From an uncultured Chloroflexia bacterium (GTDB lineage: Bacteria; Chloroflexota; Anaerolineae; Aggregatilineales; Aggregatilineaceae): DNA of 64,000 nt. The notes beneath the pieces are model-generated. The model was not told where the DNA came from. It saw only the letters and a list, made by a program, of their open reading frames with translations, and ran no database searches. Each line of letters opens with the position of its first letter. Position 1 is the first letter of the stretch. Made by a program: the position numbers and the translations under genes. Where the stretch lies: the NCBI GenBank assembly GCA_963753545.1, contig CAVWCQ010000008.1, forward strand, positions 300,645 through 364,644, read 5' to 3'. This document shows positions 31,110 to 41,717 of the stretch, piece after piece.

Positions 31110-32891
31110 ATGCCTATTGTTGGAGTAGTCGCATTAGGAGTTATCGTCGCGCTGCTGGTGCTGATCTTCATCGCGCCGCGCGTTCTGCTCGGCCTGGTGA
31201 TCATCAATGAGCGGCAGGTCGGCATTGTGATTAAGAAATTCTCACGGCACTCACTGCCCCCCGGACAACTGATCGCCCTGAACGGTGAAGCAGGCTACCA
31301 GGCTGATACGCTGGCCCCTGGCTGGCATCTGTGGAAATGGCCCTGGGTTTACCAGATCATTAAATCGTCGGTGGTGGTTGTGCCACAGGGTGAAATTGCG
31401 CTGCTGGTCGCGGCAAGCGGGTCAGCAATCCCACCGGAACGCATCCTGGCTCGCGTGGTTCCCTGCGATGACTACCAGGACGCGCGCCAGTTTTTGATCA
31501 AAGGCGGAGAAAAAGGTCGCCAGCTTGGCATCCTGACGGCGGGTACCTACCGCATCAACCTGGCGCTGTTCACGGTGATCACGGCGGCGACTGCTGAACA
31601 GCACGGCATGCAGCCGGAACAACTGCTCGTGCAGCGCGTCGCGCCGGATCGGGTCGGAATCGTGACGACGCTCGACGGCCAGCCCATCGAGACGGGCGAG
31701 ATCGCCGGGCCGGAGATTCCGCACCATGATAATTTCCAGAACGCGCAGAACTTCATCGCGGCGAGCGGGCGGCGCGGCTTGCAGGAACAGGTGCTGCTGT
31801 CTGGCTCGTGGAACCTCAACCCCTGGTTTGTCCAGGTGGAACAGGTCCCGATGACGGAAATCCCCATTGGTTATGTCGGCGTGGTGATCTCGTATGTCGG
31901 CAAGGCGCACGAAGATATCAGCGGCGCAGACTTCAAACACGGCGATCTGGTCAATCCCGGCCACAAGGGTGTGTGGGGCACGCCGCTGTTTCCCGGCAGG
32001 CACCCGCTGAACGTGCACGTGATGAAAACGGAACTGGTTCCCACGACCAACATCGTGTTGAACTGGTCGGGGCGCACTGAGGCGCATCAGTACGATCAGC
32101 AGTTATCTTCGGTCACGGTCCGGTCGCGGGACGGGTTCGCCTTTAACCTGGACGTGGCGCAGATCATCCACGTCGCCGCGCTGGACGCTCCTAAAGTGAT
32201 ATCGCGCGTTGGCTCGATGCAGAATCTGGTTGATCATGTTTTGCAGCCGATTGTGGGCAACTACTTCCGCAACGCGGCGCAGACGTATACCGTGCTTGAC
32301 TTTTTGAGCGCCCGCAGCGAGCGCCAGACGGAAGCAGCGCAGCACATCCGCACGGCGATTGGACTGTACGACGTGCAGGCGATTGATACGCTGATTGGCG
32401 ATATCTTCCCGCCAGACGCGCTGATGGCGACGCTGACCGACCGTAAGATCGCGGAGGAACAGCGCAAAACCTACGAGGTCCAGCAGGACGCGCAAACGCA
32501 GCGGCAGTTACTGGTCCGCGAGACAGCACTGGCGGATATCCAGCAGCAGGTGGTCAAGGCGGAACAGGGCGTGAGCATCGCCTCGCTGGAAGCCGACGCA
32601 CGGGTCAAGCAGGCGGGCGGCGAGTCCGAGGCGATCCGGGTGACAGGCTCGGCGCGGGCGGAAACGTATCGCCTGGGGGCGGAAGCGCTCGGTTCGCGGG
32701 ACTATACGGCGCTGCAACTGATGCAGTTGATCGGGGAAAATCAGGTCCGCATTACGCCCGATGTCGCAGTCAGCAGCGGCGCGGCGGGCGGTCTGGGGAT
32801 GATCGAAGCGCTGATCGGCGTCAATTTGCAGGAGCAGGTGGCAAACGGCAAGAAGACTCCCAAGAAGGCCGATGGGGCGGCGGAGAGCTAA
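31110..32891 (+). CDS. flotillin-like SPFH-domain protein
   Basis: N-terminal TM helix, SPFH domain, long C-terminal coiled-coil/Ala-Glu-rich region. Confidence 0.7.
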   Translation: MPIVGVVALGVIVALLVLIFIAPRVLLGLVIINERQVGIVIKKFSRHSLPPGQLIALNGEAGYQADTLAPGWHLWKWPWVYQIIKSSVVVVPQGEIALLVAASGSAIPPERILARVVPCDDYQDARQFLIKGGEKGRQLGILTAGTYRINLALFTVITAATAEQHGMQPEQLLVQRVAPDRVGIVTTLDGQPIETGEIAGPEIPHHDNFQNAQNFIAASGRRGLQEQVLLSGSWNLNPWFVQVEQVPMTEIPIGYVGVVISYVGKAHEDISGADFKHGDLVNPGHKGVWGTPLFPGRHPLNVHVMKTELVPTTNIVLNWSGRTEAHQYDQQLSSVTVRSRDGFAFNLDVAQIIHVAALDAPKVISRVGSMQNLVDHVLQPIVGNYFRNAAQTYTVLDFLSARSERQTEAAQHIRTAIGLYDVQAIDTLIGDIFPPDALMATLTDRKIAEEQRKTYEVQQDAQTQRQLLVRETALADIQQQVVKAEQGVSIASLEADARVKQAGGESEAIRVTGSARAETYRLGAEALGSRDYTALQLMQLIGENQVRITPDVAVSSGAAGGLGMIEALIGVNLQEQVANGKKTPKKADGAAES

Positions 32892-32957
32892 GACAGCTAA
32901 CCAAACACAAAAATAAGCCCGCTGAAGGAATGCCCTTCCAGCGGGCTTTTTCTTTCA

Positions 32958-33509
32958 CTATTCACTCCAGATGCCTGCAATCTTTTTTACAATGAAATAA
33001 CGGAATACTGGGCCAGCAATCCAGGCGGCAGGTATAAGTGCGATTAACGTGTGCCAGGGACTTCCTGGTAGGTCAGCTATGTGTCGAATCCGGTAGGGGA
33101 TAATGATTGGCAGGAATAGCAGGAGCAGGTAAATCAAGCTGGTAGCATTGTCACCTGCTGGTGTACTTACGGGCACTTCGCGCTGTGCCGCTGGGACATA
33201 CTGCTCCTCAGCATTGCTGCCAGCCCACCAGTAAGCTGATTTTGGTTTATCCGAACCCTCTAGCGCTTTTATCAGCCAGCCGCCCAGGTAGGTCACAATG
33301 ATCGAGAAACCTGCCCCCATTAACACGGCTGTCCAATCTGTTTCTTTAAAAAAGGGCCAGAAGGTCAGGATTGCCAGTCCGATCAGAAGAACAATTCCGA
33401 CTTTTTTTGAAGCAGCAGCGCCAGCCTTGTGATTTGTTAGGGCTATTATGAGGGTGACACCTACAAGACTGACGCCTATCCACGGTAGAGAGCTGATTTG
33501 CTCGTCCAT
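32958..33509 (-). CDS. hypothetical integral membrane protein
   Basis: Several hydrophobic helices. No known motif. Confidence 0.4.
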   Translation of the reverse strand: MDEQISSLPWIGVSLVGVTLIIALTNHKAGAAASKKVGIVLLIGLAILTFWPFFKETDWTAVLMGAGFSIIVTYLGGWLIKALEGSDKPKSAYWWAGSNAEEQYVPAAQREVPVSTPAGDNATSLIYLLLLFLPIIIPYRIRHIADLPGSPWHTLIALIPAAWIAGPVFRYFIVKKIAGIWSE

Positions 33510-33964
33510 GATATCCCCCTATGTGGCTTTGCTCAGACTTACGGATGAAGCATACCGAACATGGGGTGTTCTGCCAACTGGATCCGATCACAAACACAGC
33601 GAGGGGCGACTTCAAGCGATCTATGCCGCCTGAGTCGCCCCTCTTTATTTGAGCTGCGATATTGGCCTCCTTCCCTAGATGCTAGGGTATTGGGACCTCG
33701 TAATCACAGCTAATGGCACCCAGCACTGCCGCTGCTTACTCAGCAACTCATTTGCCTTCGCAGCACCGGATTCCGCTACCTGTTATAAAAGATGATAAAC
33801 CAGGGGCGTATTATTTGGCTAGTTAATAAAGGAGAGGTTGGCTATAGATTTCATCAACTTACTTAACTAAACATAAAAATTCCACCTCAAGGTCCCTGAT
33901 GTGCTGAACATAATCAACTGCGGTAAGCTTTAAGGAGACCAGGACACACATTCAGGAGGCGACG

Positions 33965-34960
33965 GTGAACGTTCGTTGGGGCGTTTTGGGCACAGGGCGA
34001 CATGCCGCGAATACGGTTATTCCGGCGATCCAGGCATCGGAACATGGCGAAGTCGTGGCGATAGCCAGCCGGAACGGGGCGCGGGCACAGGAGTTTGCTC
34101 GTGATCTGGGCATAACGACCAGCTACGACAGTTACGAGGCGCTGCTGGCGGATCCAAACGTGGATATCATTTACAATCCGCTGCCGAATCACCTGCACAA
34201 GGAATGGTCGATCAAAGCGGCGCAGGCAGGCAAGCATGTGCTGTGTGAAAAGCCCATCGCACTCAACGCGGCGGAAGCGGTTGAGATGGTGGCAACGTTC
34301 CGCGCTGCCGGGTTGAAACTGGCCGAGGCGTTCCAGTGGCGGCATCACCCGCAGGGGTTACGGATGCGCGAATTGATGCTGTCCGGGGCGATCGGTGAGC
34401 CGCGTTTGATCGACGCCGGATTTAGCTTTATGCTGGACCGGCCCGACGACGTGCGCTGGGTGCCGGAATATGGCGGCGGCGCGCTCTATGATGTCGGCTG
34501 CTACCCCATCTCGTTCGCGCGGTTCATCATGGGCATGGAGCCAGCCAGCGTTACGGCGCAGATTTACTGGAATGCGTCGGGCGTTGATGATCTGGTCGTG
34601 GCGACGCTGGAATTTCCGAACGGCGTGCTGGCGCATATCAACTGCTCGTTCATTCTGCCGCTGCGCCGCTACACCGAGGTGATCGGCTCGACGGGCGGGC
34701 TGTATGCCAACAAGACGTACAATCCGCGCGGGAAGGGTGAGACGATCCTGCGCACGGAGTTGGATCGGGATGTGGTCGAGACGATCCCGCTGCCGCAGGT
34801 CGATTTATATGTGCTGATGGCTGAGGATTTTAACAAGGCCGTGATGGAGAACAGTCCGACGGTCTACCCGGCAGAAGATGCCGTCGCCAATATGCAGGTG
34901 ATCGATGCGATTTTCCGCGCCGGGCGGGAAGGTCGGCGCGTGGACGTGGGGACAGTGTAA
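33965..34960 (+). CDS. Gfo/Idh/MocA-family NAD(P)-dependent oxidoreductase
   Basis: Rossmann N-terminus (VRWGVLGTGRHA), conserved EKP motif, C-terminal Gfo/Idh/MocA domain. Confidence 0.8.
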   Translation: MNVRWGVLGTGRHAANTVIPAIQASEHGEVVAIASRNGARAQEFARDLGITTSYDSYEALLADPNVDIIYNPLPNHLHKEWSIKAAQAGKHVLCEKPIALNAAEAVEMVATFRAAGLKLAEAFQWRHHPQGLRMRELMLSGAIGEPRLIDAGFSFMLDRPDDVRWVPEYGGGALYDVGCYPISFARFIMGMEPASVTAQIYWNASGVDDLVVATLEFPNGVLAHINCSFILPLRRYTEVIGSTGGLYANKTYNPRGKGETILRTELDRDVVETIPLPQVDLYVLMAEDFNKAVMENSPTVYPAEDAVANMQVIDAIFRAGREGRRVDVGTV

Positions 34961-34965
34961 GACCG

Positions 34966-35007
34966 GGCGCGACGGCTTAGCTTCGCACGCTTGCAGCGCC
35001 CGTACAA
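34966..35007 (+). repeat. REP2 hairpin-CTACAA-type element
   Basis: GCGCGACGGCTTAGCTTCGCACGCTTGCAGCGCCCGTACAAC. Confidence 0.55.
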
Positions 35008-35035
35008 CTTTTGTTGCCTACAAGAACGAGGACGC

Positions 35036-36450
35036 ATGACGGATACACAATCGACTTCCGATCCGCTGGATGGGCAGCATGTGGTCGTGCTGGGATTCGC
35101 ACGGCAGGGCAAGGCACTCGCCCGCTGGCTGCCTACCATTGGCGCGCAGGTGACGGTCTCGGATACACGAAGCACGGCGGCGCTGGCCTCAGAACTGGGC
35201 GAATTTGCCGGGCTTCCTGTCCAGTTCGCGCTGGGCGGGCACCCGCTGGAACTTTTGGACGGCTGCGATCTACTCTGTGTGAGCGGGGGCGTTCCGCTGA
35301 CGCTGCCGATCATCCAGGAGGCGTTCCAACGCGGGATTCCGGTGACCAATGACGCGCAGTTATTCCTGGAACGCTGTCCCGCGCCTGTACTGGGCATCAC
35401 CGGGAGCGCGGGCAAAACGACAACCACAACGCTAGTCGGGGCGATGTGCCGGGCATCCGGGCGGCGGACGTTTGTCGGTGGCAATATTGGCGATGTGCTG
35501 CTCGACATGCTGCCGCAGATCGGCGGGCAGGATATCGTCGTCATGGAACTGAGCAGCTTCCAGTTGGAACTGATGACGGTCAGCCCGGATGTATGCGCCG
35601 TGTTGAATGTGACGCCGAATCACCTGGATCGACATGGCACGATGGATGCCTACAGCGCGGCGAAGGCCCAGATTTATCTGCACCAGACGCCGAGCGACGT
35701 GGCGATCTTTGGCTATGATGATCCCGTTGCTGAGCGGATGAGTCATGAAGCGCCGGGCGAGTCGCCTATTTTTCGCTGCATTCCGCTGTGCCGTCGGGCG
35801 CATATCTCAAGGGGCAGGAACTCGTCGTGGTGGGCGATAGTTCGCCAGGGGCGGAGTGGCGGACGATCTGCCCCCGGGATGAAATCCGGCTGCGAGGCGA
35901 GCACAACGTGGCGAATGTGTTAGCCGCTTGCGCTGTCGCCGGGGCGGGGAGCATCTCACCGGAAGCGATGCGCCGCGCGATAGGTTCCTTTACGGGAGTC
36001 GAGCACCGCCAGGAACTGGTGGCAACGATCAACGGCGTGACATGGGTGAATGACAGCATCGCCACCGCGCCGGAGCGAGTCGTTGCTGCGCTACGCAGTT
36101 ACAGCGAACCGCAGGTGCTGCTGGTCGGCGGGCGCGACAAAAACCTGCCCTGGGAGGAGATGGCCGATCTGGCTGTGACCCGCTGCCGGGCGGTGATCGG
36201 GTTTGGCGAATATGGGGCCAGGGCTATCGAGCATATCGAACAGGCGAGGGAGCGGGCGGCGGGATCGATGGTGGAGCAGGTGCATGTGGTGGATACGCTG
36301 GACGAGGCCGTGCAGCAGGCTTCTGCAATCGCCCAGCCCGGCGACGTGGTGCTGCTCAGCCCAGGCGGAACGTCGTATGATGCGTACCAGGATTTCGCGG
36401 CGCGGGGGCAGCATTTCCGGGATCTGGTGCACGGGCTGGCAGCCGGGTAA
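35036..36450 (+). CDS. murD: UDP-N-acetylmuramoylalanine--D-glutamate ligase with an apparent frameshift near 35780
   Basis: N-terminal GKxVVVLGxxRQG, Mur ligase GITGSAGKTTTT. The C-terminal domain continues in the second frame (35788..36450). Confidence 0.8.
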
Positions 36451-36568
36451 AGAAAAGCAAGAGAAATAAAAGAAAAAGCAGATTTCACCGCGGAGAGCGC
36501 GGAGGGCGCGGAGAAAAGCAAGAGAAGTAAAAGAAAAAGCAGATTTCAGCGCGGAGAGCGCGGAAGTA
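36450..36568 (+). repeat. two tandem REP1 copies after murD
   Basis: AAAGCAAGAGAAATAAAAGAAAAAGCAGATTTCACCGCGGAGAGCGCGGAGGGCGCGGAG followed by AAAAGCAAGAGAAGTAAAAGAAAAAGCAGATTTCAGCGCGGAGAGCGCGGAAG. Confidence 0.75.
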
Positions 36569-36572
36569 GGAC

Positions 36573-36748
36573 AATGAAAGTAATGCAATTTTGTGAGATG
36601 AATGAGCGTTGCGGATCGCGGGCAGGCCCTCATCCCGGCTGAACGGAAAAGCATGTTCAGCCACCCTTCCCCCACAGCTTGGCTTGCTTCGCAAGCACGC
36701 GGGGGGAAGGGGAAAACACTGTTCATTGCACGACTTTCGATGATCTAC
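36573..36748 (-). repeat. MITE-like structured repeat, copy 2 (inverted relative to copy 1)
   Basis: Reverse complement of 10591..10762. Produces the same artefactual peptide (track ORF 36091..36726). Confidence 0.7.
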
Positions 36749-37048
36749 AGAGAAAGGCAAATATCACTGCGGAGAACCGTAGCTTTGCTTAAGAGGAGAG
36801 CAAAAATGCCGCTTTTTGGACATCCCAACGTGGACAAGTTAAAAGCCTATCATGACGGCTTATTATGAGCGCGACCTCGATGGTGTCACCACCTTAAAAT
36901 TGTTTTCGTAGCGAAGGCGGGGTCTGGCGAAGAACGGAACACAAGCGATACAATCTGCGGAGGCGTATGGCTGGCTGTACGCCAGGGGTTGGCACTCTTA
37001 ACTGCGGAACTGACGCGCGCCGCGACCAAGACTGGGAAAGGATCGGGT

Positions 37049-37243
37049 ATGTCATCGAAGTTGCCGGGGTCGCCCAGACCCTCGGAAACGGAAGCGCGCC
37101 GTGCCATCACCGCCATGCTGATTTTGACCGGGGTTCTCGCCATTACTGTCGCCATCATCCCGCTGAATGTCACCCTTAAATCGCTGATTCTGGTGGCGTG
37201 GATCGCAGTGATGATGGGCGTGCTGCGCCGCTACCGATTGTAA
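37049..37243 (+). CDS. small hypothetical membrane protein
   Basis: Two hydrophobic helices. Low support. Confidence 0.2.
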   Translation: MSSKLPGSPRPSETEARRAITAMLILTGVLAITVAIIPLNVTLKSLILVAWIAVMMGVLRRYRL

Positions 37244-37331
37244 GCTCCTGTCTGAACAAGTTCAGGGTGCATGGAGAAGGGAAGCGAGATGCAGTACAAT
37301 ACGAACGGGTAAAAGTGGAAAGTCAGGCACG

Positions 37332-38681
37332 ATGACCGACGCACCTCAATACATCGAAGACGATGCCGATTTTAACTATGCCGACGCGCTGAACGTGCCA
37401 GCCCGGTCTGCTGTGCCGCCGCTGGACGAGCGTCGAGTCGCGGAACGCCGCCGCCTGTATGCTGCCGGGTTCGATTTGTATCTCGCGCTGACGGTGGGTG
37501 TGCTGTGCGCCATTGGTCTGATGATGGTTTACAGTGCGTCGATGGATGTCAGTTATCAGGTCACGGGCGACAGCGCGACGTATTTCTTTATTCGCCAACT
37601 GCGTTCGATGGTTGTGGGAGTGATTGCGCTGATCGTCCTGGCGCGGGTGGACTATCACAACTGGCGGCGGTTGGCTGTACCCATGATGTTCGGCGTGATC
37701 CTGCTGCTGATTGCCGTGCTGCGGTTTGGCGAGACGCGCTTTGAAGCGCAACGCTCGCTTATTCGTGGATCGTTCCAGCCCGGCGAACTGGCAAAGTTCA
37801 CGGTCGTGATCTATATGGCGGCGTGGCTGGCCTCCAAACGCAACAGGCTGCGGCAGGTTACGTATGGTATTTTGCCGTTCAGTGTGCTGATTGGCACGGT
37901 AGCCTTTTTGATCGTGCTCCAGCCGGACCTGAGCACGGCGGCGAGTATTCTGGCGACGTCTCTGAGCATGTTCTTTATCGCCGGGGCCGACTGGTTCCAA
38001 CTGCTGTTGATTGGCGGGGTGATGGGTTTTGCCGGGTGGCAGCTCATGACCAAACTTGCCTACGCCCACAACCGGCTGGTCGCCTATACGGCGGCGGTCA
38101 ACGACCTGACGCGGGCCAGCGATCATGTCCAGCAGGCGATTGCGGCGTTTATCAACGGCGGCCTGTTTGGGGTGGGGTTGGGCGAAGGGCGGCAGAAATT
38201 TGGCAACAATATGCCATTCCCACACACGGACAGTATTTTTGCCGTGATCGGGGAAGAACTGGGATTGTTAGGTAGTTTTATGGTGATTTCCCTGTTCGTG
38301 ATCCTGATTTACCGGGGCTTCACCATTTCGCGCCGCGCGCCGGATGCTTTTGGGGCGCTGCTGGCAGCGGGCGTTACCTGCTGGCTGGCCTATGACGCGC
38401 TGCTGAACATCGCCGTGATGACGGCACTTGTCCCGCCGACGGGCGTGCCGCTGCCGTTTATCAGCTACGGCGGATCGGCCCTCGTGGCGGCGCTGTCCGG
38501 AGTTGGGTTGATGCTCAATGTGTCGCGGGCGATCAGCAGGAACGCAATGCCCAGGCGGAAACAGACGCCTGAATTTAATTCATCGACAGAACGGAGTCAT
38601 TCGAGTGCGGATAGTGATATCAGCCGGGGGAACCGGGGGCGGCGTGTACCCCGCGTTAGCCGTCGCCGGGGCGCTGCGTAA
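37332..38681 (+). CDS. ftsW: FtsW/RodA/SpoVE-family peptidoglycan glycosyltransferase
   Basis: ~10 TM helices with conserved SEDS-family motifs, located between murD and murG. Confidence 0.8.
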   Translation: MTDAPQYIEDDADFNYADALNVPARSAVPPLDERRVAERRRLYAAGFDLYLALTVGVLCAIGLMMVYSASMDVSYQVTGDSATYFFIRQLRSMVVGVIALIVLARVDYHNWRRLAVPMMFGVILLLIAVLRFGETRFEAQRSLIRGSFQPGELAKFTVVIYMAAWLASKRNRLRQVTYGILPFSVLIGTVAFLIVLQPDLSTAASILATSLSMFFIAGADWFQLLLIGGVMGFAGWQLMTKLAYAHNRLVAYTAAVNDLTRASDHVQQAIAAFINGGLFGVGLGEGRQKFGNNMPFPHTDSIFAVIGEELGLLGSFMVISLFVILIYRGFTISRRAPDAFGALLAAGVTCWLAYDALLNIAVMTALVPPTGVPLPFISYGGSALVAALSGVGLMLNVSRAISRNAMPRRKQTPEFNSSTERSHSSADSDISRGNRGRRVPRVSRRRGAA

Positions 38682-39720
38682 GCTGTACCCCACCCTTACC
38701 TTGTCATTTGTTGGCGCGCGCGGCGATATGGCGCGGGATCTAGTCCAGCGCGCTGATGTATCGTTCGATTCCTATCATGAAGTGCTGGCGGGACCGCTGC
38801 ATGGTGTGCCGCGTCTGCGCCAACTGATCAGTTCGTTCAAGATTCTGGCCGGGGTGATCCAGTCGCTGATCCTGGTGATCCGCTATCGCCCGGAAGTGTT
38901 ATTCCTGACGGGCGGCTGGGTCGGTTTTCCGATGGCGGTGGCCTGCTGGCTGACGCGGCGGCCCATCGTGATTTATGTGCCCGACATTGAGCCGGGGTTG
39001 ACGCTGCGCCTGTTGGGGCGCTATTTCGCACGGACTATCGCGGCGACGGTGGCGCAAACGAAAGACTTCTTCCCCGGCAAAACCGTCGTGGAAACTGGCT
39101 ACCCGCTGCGCGCCGAAATCCTGAGCGCGAACCGGGAGCAGGCGATCAAGGCGCTGAACCTGAATCCAGCGCGGCGCACGCTGCTCGTTTTTGGCGGCAG
39201 CAAAGGATCGCGCAGCATCAATACAACCATGAGCCAGATCGCGCCGCTGCTTCTGGCGGAGGATCTGCAAATCCTGCACATTTCCGGCAAGCTGGATTGG
39301 CCGCAGGTGCAGGCGCAGTACGAGACGTTGACAGAGGCGCAGAAACAGCGGTACCAGGTCTTTTCATTCCTGCCGGATATCGGGCAGGCGTTCGCTGCCG
39401 CCGATCTGGTGATCAGCCGGGCAGGGGCGGCGACGCTGGCGGAATATCCGCAGTTTGGACTGCCGTCGATCCTGGTGCCGTATCCCTGGACATGGCGCTA
39501 CCAGAAGGTGAATGCCGATTGGCTGGTCGAGCGCGGCGCGGCAGTGCGGTTGGATGATGACCGGTTGGGTGACGAGCTTCTGCCGACAATTCAGGCGCTG
39601 CTGAACGATCCGGGACGGTTGGAGCGGATGCGGGCAGCCGCCGAGTCGCTGCGGCGATCTGATGGCGCGGAAAATATCGCGCGGGTGCTGGCCGATGTGG
39701 CGGGACATCCGGGCGGGTAG
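38605..39720 (+). CDS. murG: undecaprenyldiphospho-muramoylpentapeptide beta-N-acetylglucosaminyltransferase
   Basis: RIVISAGGTGGGVYPALAV N-terminus. GT28 C-terminal domain (GGSKGSRSIN...RAGAATLAE). GTG start chosen, overlapping the ftsW 3' end. Confidence 0.85.
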   Translation: MRIVISAGGTGGGVYPALAVAGALRKLYPTLTLSFVGARGDMARDLVQRADVSFDSYHEVLAGPLHGVPRLRQLISSFKILAGVIQSLILVIRYRPEVLFLTGGWVGFPMAVACWLTRRPIVIYVPDIEPGLTLRLLGRYFARTIAATVAQTKDFFPGKTVVETGYPLRAEILSANREQAIKALNLNPARRTLLVFGGSKGSRSINTTMSQIAPLLLAEDLQILHISGKLDWPQVQAQYETLTEAQKQRYQVFSFLPDIGQAFAAADLVISRAGAATLAEYPQFGLPSILVPYPWTWRYQKVNADWLVERGAAVRLDDDRLGDELLPTIQALLNDPGRLERMRAAAESLRRSDGAENIARVLADVAGHPGG

Positions 39721-39785
39721 AGAAAGAAAAAATATTTCACCGCAAAGAGCGCGGCTTCGCTAGGAAAAGCAAGAGAAGAACAAGA
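39721..39785 (+). repeat. REP1 copy after murG
   Basis: AAATATTTCACCGCAAAGAGCGCGGCTTCGCTAGGAAAAGCAAGAGAAGAACAAG. Confidence 0.7.
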
Positions 39786-39786
39786 T

Positions 39787-39847
39787 AGGGCGGGTTAACA
39801 AATCCGCCCCTACAAAAATGGGCGCGGCAAGCAGCGCCCCTACAAGG
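39787..39847 (+). repeat. two tandem REP2 units (hairpin + CTACAA)
   Basis: GGGCGGGTTAACAAATCCGCCCCTACAAAAATGGGCGCGGCAAGCAGCGCCCCTACAAGG. Confidence 0.6.
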
Positions 39848-39996
39848 TAATTGGCGAGGGCGTAAAGGACAACATGCGGTGGGAGTAGTATTTTGGTTCA
39901 ACTGGCGCGTAATGGAACTTTGTAGATACTAATTTATGTAGGACACTGCGATTTTTGCCGGGGCCGCCGGATGTATCCAGTAGAGGGGCTAAACGT

Positions 39997-40527
39997 ATGG
40001 TGCAGCTCTCCACGGTTTTATGGACTTCCATCCTCTTATTTGCCTTTATCGGCTATATGCGTGGCTGGACGAAAGAAATCTTAGCGACGGCAGGCATTGT
40101 CCTGGCGCTGTTCACGATCAAGCAGTTTGAAACGCTCCTGATCGATCCCCTGACTAACGGCGAGCAGACCTCGAAATTTTACCTGGAAGCGACTATTCTG
40201 CTGACGCTGGCCTTCTTTGGCTATCAGACACCGCCAGAGCGATTCGTCCGCAGCAAAAAATCCGTGATACGCGAGGGCGTGCAGGAGGGCATCCTGGGCG
40301 CACTGGTCGGAGCGTTGAACGGCTACCTGCTGGTCGGTTCGCTGTGGTGGTACATGGATAACCTGGAATATCCACTCAGCCCGCATATTATTCCGGTTGC
40401 GCCTGGCTCAGCCAGCGCCAATATGGTCGATGTGCTGCCGCTCAGTTGGATGTTGGGCGGTGACGGCGGCATTCTGTCGCTGATCATCATCGTCCTGTTC
40501 ATTTTTATTATTGTCTCCTTCGTGTAG
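39997..40527 (+). CDS. CvpA-family membrane protein
   Basis: ~4 TM helices. CvpA-like topology and size. Confidence 0.55.
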   Translation: MVQLSTVLWTSILLFAFIGYMRGWTKEILATAGIVLALFTIKQFETLLIDPLTNGEQTSKFYLEATILLTLAFFGYQTPPERFVRSKKSVIREGVQEGILGALVGALNGYLLVGSLWWYMDNLEYPLSPHIIPVAPGSASANMVDVLPLSWMLGGDGGILSLIIIVLFIFIIVSFV

Positions 40528-40563
40528 CCCTGGCGATGTAGAGAGATTGAGGACCAGAATCCC

Positions 40564-41714
40564 GTGCGATTTTCACGGATTGTTTTGGAAAACTGGCGCA
40601 ACTTTGGACAGGTTGAGGTTGCGCTGCAAAACCGGGCCTTTTTACGTAGGGCCGAACGCATCCGGAAAGTCCAATTTTCTGGATGTCTTCCGTTTTCTGC
40701 GCGATCTGGTTGTGCCCGGCGGTGGTTTTGAGCAGGCAGTAACGAGTAGAGGTGGCTTTATACAACTGCTCAATATGGGGCAGCAGAGCCATATCCCTTA
40801 TCTTGATATTATGATTTAGGTTGAGTTATCTGAGAATGATGCTGTTTGGCGTTACCGTATTGCTTTTTCCGCAGATGTGGGCGCAACCAAACCTCTATGT
40901 AAAACAGGAACAAGTTTGGGTCGGCGACACCCTGGTTTTGGATCGGCCCAATGCACAGGATCGGAATGATCCTGATCTGCTCCGGCAAACCTATTTGGAA
41001 CAAACCGTTGTTAACCGCCCTTTCCGCGAGATTGTCGATTTTTTCGCCTCGATTAAGTATTTCCATTTTGTGCCACAGTTGGTGCGCGAGGCAGGCGGGC
41101 GCAAGCGCGAAGATGATCCCTATGGCAGTGATTTTATTGACCAACTCACGCGTATGAATCCTGAAGCGCGCCAGGAACGATTAGACCAGATTCAACAGGC
41201 GCTTAAAGGAGCGATCCCTTCTTTACTGGAATTGAAGTTGGAACGCATTCAGGATGTTTTTCACTTGAGGGGACGATTTCGTGTTCAGTCCGCAATGGCG
41301 AAAAGCGCGTGGCATAATGAAACTGATTTTTCGGATGGGACGCTGCGCTTGATCGGGCTGTTGTGGGCGCTGTTGGATGCACAGGGGCCACTGCTTTTGG
41401 AAGAGCCTGAATTGTCGCTTCATGAGGCGATTGTTCGCCATATTCCTATGTTGATCTGGTCCGCAATACGCGGCACGGATCGGCAGGTATTGTTAAGCAC
41501 ACACAGCAGCGATTTGTTGATGGACGAGGGAATAGCACCTGACGAAATCCTGGTATTTATCCCGGCTTCTACTTCCGAAAACAGCACGATCAAAGTGGGC
41601 ATTGATATTGGCGAGGTGCGCGATCTGCTGGGGGCAGGGCTGCCACCGGGTGAAGTTTTCATCGCTTACACTCAGCCGAAAGATATCAATTCACTCTCGC
41701 TTCGAGGAGAGTGA
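40564..41714 (+). pseudogene. OLD/AbiEii-like AAA ATPase (AAA_21-type ABC ATPase) carrying two frameshifts and an in-frame TAG
   Basis: Reconstructed N-terminus MRFSRIVLENWRNFGQVEVALQNRAFL-VGPNASGKSNFLD (Walker A). C-terminal part has Walker B/D-loop LLLEEPELSLHEAIV and LSTHSSDLL. Lesions: a frameshift at the T5 run near 40640, TAG at 40817-40819, and a frameshift near 40900. Lower GC than the flanking mur genes. Confidence 0.65.
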
Positions 41715-41717
41715 TGG

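Noticed and set aside
33530-33960. Candidate tRNA or small RNA gene in the long AT-rich intergenic region. Intergenic stretches at 29300-29650, 30700-31060, 52260-52730 and 57900-58190 were also scanned for the tRNA T-loop (GGTTCGAATCC-like), rRNA or tmRNA features.
   Set aside because: No acceptor-stem/T-arm cloverleaf pattern was recognisable in any of these stretches. There is only a GC hairpin (GAGGGGCGAC...GTCGCCCCTC) at 33600-33650, which could be an orphan terminator. I cannot support an RNA gene call.
36091-36726. Minus-strand 211-aa ORF between murD and ftsW
   Set aside because: Composed of REP1 and MITE-like repeat sequence. No independent coding evidence.
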